Below are positions 23,569 through 27,580 of a stretch of DNA of 27,580 bases, in pieces. Source of the DNA: an uncultured archaeon (GTDB lineage: Archaea > Iainarchaeota > Iainarchaeia > Iainarchaeales > DTGL01); NCBI GenBank assembly GCA_964551725.1, contig CAZKED010000018.1, positions 1-27,580 on the forward strand. Direction: 5' to 3'. The number at the start of each line of letters is the position of its first letter. Positions within the stretch are counted from its first letter, which is position 1. Under the pieces are notes generated by a model, which was given only the letters and a program-made list of their open reading frames with translations, was not told the origin of the DNA and ran no database searches. The position numbers and the translations under genes are program-made.

Positions 23569-25386
23569 CTATGCCTTGTCCACAAGGTTGAGCCGGGGGT
23601 AAATTCCCAGAGCCTTCAATTCATCGAGCAATAATTTGAAACCATAACTCATTTCCACGGGATACACCTTGGTGCTCCCGCAGACAGGGCAGTACTTTTT
23701 GTTCCTTATCCTGTCGTTCACCGCAATGACCCCGCATTTCTCGCACACGAGCTGCATGACCTTGTCGGAGTCCTCCACAAACTTCTCCTGCAGGAGCATG
23801 CTCGCCCCGTGCCCTACCAGGGTTTCGCCTTCCATTTCACCGAACCTAAGCCCGCCTTCCTTTTCCTTTCCCTCGGTGGGCTGCCTGGTGAGAATCTGCA
23901 CAGGCCCTCTTGCGCGCCCCTGCATTTTGTGCGCCACCAAGTGATACAGGCGCCTGTAAGCCACAACGCCGGTGAAAATTTTTCCCTCAATTCTTTCGCC
24001 GCTCACCCCGTCGTAGAAGGATTCCCTTCCGTCGGGTCTGAAACCCGCCTTAAGCAAAACATTCTCCAGTTCGTTTCTTCCGGCGTCACTGAAAGGCGTT
24101 CCGTCTACCGGGGAACCCTGAACGCTCGCGGTTTTTCCCGCAAGCATTTCGAGCAAGTGTCCTATGGTCATCCTGCTGGGAATTGAGTGCGGGTTGAGCA
24201 GCAGGTCGGGCTTTATTCCGTCAGCAGTGAAAGGCATGTCCTCCTCGGGAACGATTGCGCCGACAACCCCTTTCTGCCCGTGTTTCGAGGAAAACTTGTC
24301 TCCCGCCTCGGGCACCATGTCGCTTCTCACTTTCACTTTCACGAGCGTGTCTCCGTCAACGTTTTCCGTGAGGAACACCGTGTCGACATGCCCGCCCTTG
24401 CCTTTCCTTACGGTGGTCGAGGCTTCCCTGCGCTTTTCTTTTACAACGCCGAACTCCGAGATTTCCTCAAGAAACCTCGGCGGGCTTGTCCTGCCCACGA
24501 TTACTTTTTTTCCGTCAACCTGTGCTTCAAGTTCCGCCAGGCCGTCTTCGCCGAGCGCGGAATAGGCTTCTTCCCCGAGGTATCCGACGGTTTCCTCGTC
24601 GGGAATTTCGAACCTGTCCTTTTGCCCGCCGGGATACCTTGTCTGCATTGACTCGTAAGTGCGAAAGTAAGCCATTCTCCCCAGGCACCTTTCCACCGCG
24701 CCCTGGTTTATTACAACAGCGTCGAGCGTATTGAAGCCGTAGTAGGGAAGCAATGCAACGACAAAGTTCTGGCTTTGAGGTCTTTTGTCCATCCCAATGA
24801 GGTCCATGGTTTTAGTACGGACCAGATTTTTCTGCGGGTAGTGCAAAAGATAGGATTCTGTATCGGTTCTCAGGGAATAATTTGTAGCGCCTACGCCCGC
24901 GGCCTGCTTGAACATTTTGGCGCCGTGAAGTGCCTTTCCGCTCATATTGTGGCTCAGGAAGGGAATCATGCTGCTCATGACGCTGAGAATTCCCATGGGG
25001 TCGATTTCCAAATGGGTGTGCTCGCTTGTAAGGTCTTCTTCCTTCTCCGCAATCAGGGTGTTTTCCTCCTCCTCCGAATCAAGGTATTCGACTATTCCCT
25101 GTTCAACCAAATCATCCCATCCCATTTCCCCTTTTTTGACCTTTTCGCGTATTTTTTCCGTCAGTTTCGGCTTTCCGTTTTCCACCACGATTACGGGTCT
25201 CTGCACTCTGCCGGCATCGGTGTTAATGTATATTTCATTCGTTTTCTCGTTGAGGGTTATATTTATTTGCGGGTCAAGTTTGCCGTGTCTCCTCTCCTTT
25301 ATGAGGTCTTGGGAGAGCTTGCCTGGATTGGAATGGAAGCCCATGAGCCTTCCGTTAACGTAAACCTTTGCCTTTCCCCTGCCCAT
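23569..25386 (-). CDS. rpoB1: DNA-directed RNA polymerase subunit B'
   Basis: GDKF.S.HGQKG, PSRMT, GGLRFGEME and a C-terminal Zn ribbon. Confidence 0.97.
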   Translation of the reverse strand: MGRGKAKVYVNGRLMGFHSNPGKLSQDLIKERRHGKLDPQINITLNEKTNEIYINTDAGRVQRPVIVVENGKPKLTEKIREKVKKGEMGWDDLVEQGIVEYLDSEEEENTLIAEKEEDLTSEHTHLEIDPMGILSVMSSMIPFLSHNMSGKALHGAKMFKQAAGVGATNYSLRTDTESYLLHYPQKNLVRTKTMDLIGMDKRPQSQNFVVALLPYYGFNTLDAVVINQGAVERCLGRMAYFRTYESMQTRYPGGQKDRFEIPDEETVGYLGEEAYSALGEDGLAELEAQVDGKKVIVGRTSPPRFLEEISEFGVVKEKRREASTTVRKGKGGHVDTVFLTENVDGDTLVKVKVRSDMVPEAGDKFSSKHGQKGVVGAIVPEEDMPFTADGIKPDLLLNPHSIPSRMTIGHLLEMLAGKTASVQGSPVDGTPFSDAGRNELENVLLKAGFRPDGRESFYDGVSGERIEGKIFTGVVAYRRLYHLVAHKMQGRARGPVQILTRQPTEGKEKEGGLRFGEMEGETLVGHGASMLLQEKFVEDSDKVMQLVCEKCGVIAVNDRIRNKKYCPVCGSTKVYPVEMSYGFKLLLDELKALGIYPRLNLVDKA

Positions 25387-25390
25387 AAAA

Positions 25391-26857
25391 TCACTCCAGT
25401 TTTACCCCCATTTCATCCAGCAGTTTGGCAACAGGCTCCTCGTGCGATTCTGTTGTAACGCGGGCAAGCATTGCCAGGTTTTTCACCAGACCGCACTGCG
25501 GTCCGTCCGGGGTTTCAATTGGTCCGATGCGCCCCCAGTGCGTTCCGTGCACGTCTCTCGCTTCGTACAATTCGCGGTTCTTGTTCAGGGGGCTTTTCAC
25601 TTTCCTTATGTCCGTAAGAGGGCTCAGGTAGTTCACCCTGTCCATGAACTTGCTCACTCCTGTAGCGCGACCAATCCAGTTTCCTGTCGCCATTGCAAAC
25701 CTGATTCTTTCGCTTATTGCATCGGGTCTTACAACAGTGCTTATGTTGAGTTTCCTGCGCCTTGTCACAGTGCGGTCAATCTGGAATTTCAAATCCTTCA
25801 CAAAATACTTGAAAGCGTAGCGGAACAGGTGCTCCATCAGTTTTCCGGACAACTCCAGGCGCTTGTTAGCGTAATGGTCCTTGTCGTCCTCCTCCCTCAG
25901 GCCGTAATAGCTCTCAATCGCCTTGGATGCCATCATTGCCAGATAATATGCCTTTGCCGCCCTGCTCTCTTTGGTCTGTCCTATGTGCGGCAGCAGGAAG
26001 CCGTCAATTACCTCCTGCGCTCTCTTCAGCCTGTAGTCTATTACCTGCCCGGGAGCAACGCTTTTCCCTATTTTGTCAAGCGCGTCCTCTTCCTTCATTA
26101 TTTCAGTGTTCTCCCAGTTAAGCAGCACATCGTTCTTTATTTCCGGCTCTTCGGTGAACGCTCCCTCTATTTCCTTCTTTGAGGTCATTCCCAGGGCTTT
26201 CATCAGCACGAACAATTTCAGTTTTTTGGGCGAACTCGGAAACCTCACGTGAAGCATTCCGTTTTTCTTCCTTGTAACGCGCACCCTTCCCTTGAATGCC
26301 CCCCTTGTACTGATTACCTCCGACACAACGTCTCCGCGCGTTTTCTCTGCAATCATCACCCTATCGGAGCTCAGGACTTCCTGGGTCATCAGCGCTTTCT
26401 CCGAGCCGTTTATTATGAAATAGCCGCCCCAGTCCATGGGGTCCTCGCCCATTTCCACGAGTTCCTCCACGGTCTTTCCCTCAAGCCAGCAGCGGTTGGA
26501 TTTGAGCATTATCGGCAGGTTGCCTACGTAAGTGCGCTTTATGTCCTGCTCCACGTCCCTGCGGAGCAGGCGCATTGTGAGAAAAATCGGACCGGAGTAA
26601 GTGCGGTTCCTGATTCTCGCTTCCATTGGATAGAATTCATTGCGCGGCGAGCCGTCCGCTTCAATTATTCTCGGTCTGAGCACTTCAATATCGGAAAGCT
26701 CCACCCTGACTTCCTCGATTTTGGGGCTTATAGCATTGTTTTCATCCACGATTTCCGAGAGCTTTTCGTCCACAAACTGGTTGAATGAAAGGATTTCCTG
26801 GTCGACAAAAGTCTTGTCCTTGAAATGTGATTCAATAAGCGACCAGTTCTTCATCAT
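25391..26857 (-). CDS. rpoB2: DNA-directed RNA polymerase subunit B''
   Basis: GGYFIINGSE, DDKDHYANKRL, ETPDGPQCGLVKNLA. Confidence 0.97.
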   Translation of the reverse strand: MMKNWSLIESHFKDKTFVDQEILSFNQFVDEKLSEIVDENNAISPKIEEVRVELSDIEVLRPRIIEADGSPRNEFYPMEARIRNRTYSGPIFLTMRLLRRDVEQDIKRTYVGNLPIMLKSNRCWLEGKTVEELVEMGEDPMDWGGYFIINGSEKALMTQEVLSSDRVMIAEKTRGDVVSEVISTRGAFKGRVRVTRKKNGMLHVRFPSSPKKLKLFVLMKALGMTSKKEIEGAFTEEPEIKNDVLLNWENTEIMKEEDALDKIGKSVAPGQVIDYRLKRAQEVIDGFLLPHIGQTKESRAAKAYYLAMMASKAIESYYGLREEDDKDHYANKRLELSGKLMEHLFRYAFKYFVKDLKFQIDRTVTRRRKLNISTVVRPDAISERIRFAMATGNWIGRATGVSKFMDRVNYLSPLTDIRKVKSPLNKNRELYEARDVHGTHWGRIGPIETPDGPQCGLVKNLAMLARVTTESHEEPVAKLLDEMGVKLE

Positions 26858-27084
26858 CTCACGACCCTGTAATAAATCGCCTTTCCCGCGGTGGGGCTGT
26901 TCCTCTGTATTTTGACAACGCTCCCTGTCTTGGGTTTCAGTTTTTTTATCGCGGGATCGGATTTCAAAATAGAGGGCATTTTTTCAAGAGGCGTGCCAAG
27001 TTTTGCCAGCAGTTTTTCTGCCTCTCCCTCGCTGAGAATTGAATGCTTTGGAACCAAAAAATGCTCTCCCACGTTGAAGGACAT
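26854..27084 (-). CDS. rpoH: DNA-directed RNA polymerase subunit H (Rpo5)
   Basis: HFLVPKH, SDPA, SPTAG..YYRVV. Confidence 0.97.
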   Translation of the reverse strand: MSFNVGEHFLVPKHSILSEGEAEKLLAKLGTPLEKMPSILKSDPAIKKLKPKTGSVVKIQRNSPTAGKAIYYRVVR

Positions 27085-27096
27085 GCCCGCACACCT

Positions 27097-27192
27097 AAAA
27101 AATGGCGATTTTTTGCAAGCCCATGCCTATAACTGGCATAAGAGGAACTTTTTGAGGGATTTAGTGCTCCAGCAAGACCAAAAAAATCGCCA
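27097..27192 (-). promoter_or_regulatory. Structured 5' leader (long stem with internal hairpins, then U6) upstream of rpoH
   Basis: Perfect 12-bp inverted repeat TGGCGATTTTTT (27103-27114) / AAAAAATCGCCA (27181-27192). It encloses ATGCC-N7-GGCAT and GGAGC..GTTCC stems and is followed on the minus strand by TTTTTT and the AGGTG SD. Confidence 0.55.
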
Positions 27193-27222
27193 AAAATATA
27201 TCTAATCAATTAAAATTTACGT

Positions 27223-27260
27223 AATATTTAAATATTGGGGGAAAGGAATTTAAACCTTTG
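27223..27260. promoter_or_regulatory. Divergent promoter region (rpo operon / MscS-like gene)
   Basis: Palindromic AATATTTAAATATT (27223-27236) and minus-strand AAAGGTTTAAAT (BRE-TATA-like). Confidence 0.5.
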
Positions 27261-27368
27261 CAATCCGCGCCCCGGAAGGCGGGAAACGCAAAAAGAAAAC
27301 CTTTTTTCCTCCCCTTTTTTTATTACGAAGCGGCAATATTTTATTCTTTTTGCCCTTTCCTCTTTTCC

Positions 27369-27580
27369 ATGGAATGGCTTTTGGAAGCAGTGGACAGCTT
27401 TGCGGCATTATTTCCCTTTCTCAGGGAAGGGCTGTTTGCGCAGCGCATATTCGGCTCTACACTGGGAGAATACGCGCTCTGCATTGCAAGCATTTTATTC
27501 CTCACAGTGGCGGGAAAAATTGCCGTTTTTCTTTTCCAGAAATACATGCACGCGCTGGCGAAAAAAACAAAGAACGATTT
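27369..27580 (+). CDS. MscS-family mechanosensitive channel, N-terminal fragment (3'-truncated)
   Basis: Manual translation: MEWLLEAVDSFAALFPFLREGLFAQRIFGSTLGEYALCIASILFLTVAGKIAVFLFQKYMHALAKKTKND. The FG.TL..Y-TM-LAKKT..D pattern is typical of MscS N-termini. Not in the ORF track because there is no stop in the window. Confidence 0.7.
   Translation, partial: MEWLLEAVDSFAALFPFLREGLFAQRIFGSTLGEYALCIASILFLTVAGKIAVFLFQKYMHALAKKTKND

Noticed and set aside
12319-26915. Numerous plus-strand ORFs of 60-250 aa within the rpo/str cluster
   Set aside because: They are antisense shadows of highly conserved genes with no independent coding signals.
26964-27209. 81-aa minus-strand ORF and 104-aa plus-strand ORF across the rpoH leader
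   Set aside because: Both overlap rpoH out of frame or antisense and have no recognisable motifs. The region is better explained as promoter plus structured leader.
27341-27547. 68-aa minus-strand ORF
   Set aside because: It is the antisense shadow of the plus-strand MscS-like gene starting at 27369.

Overview
Archaeal DNA, inferred to be DPANN-like (possibly Iainarchaeota/Diapherotrites) from the split rpoB/rpoA genes, archaeal NusA/L30e and divergent RNAP and uS7 signatures. The right ~15 kb (12295-27084, minus strand) is the conserved rpoH-rpoB2-rpoB1-rpoA1-rpoA2-rpl30e-nusA-rps12-rps7-EF2-EF1A-rps10 cluster. EF-2 carries a 549-aa LAGLIDADG intein in its P-loop, and a structured leader precedes rpoH. 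The left ~12 kb looks like a large RiPP (modified-peptide) biosynthetic locus. It begins with the 3' end of a Cys/His/Ser repeat precursor that the ORF track missed (frame 3, 3..227: 15 His-Xaa-Ser motifs, 14 Cys, CCxxCC tail). Next come four radical SAM/SPASM enzymes, a PRMT-like methyltransferase and an RRE-E1-YcaO fusion. After three membrane/surface genes, two HxsD-like genes sit right behind rps10. The locus reads as a His-Xaa-Ser-type system expanded with YcaO and PRMT-like chemistry. It is truncated at the left edge, so the leader peptide and any upstream genes cannot be seen. All family assignments are from motif recognition by eye, not database searches.
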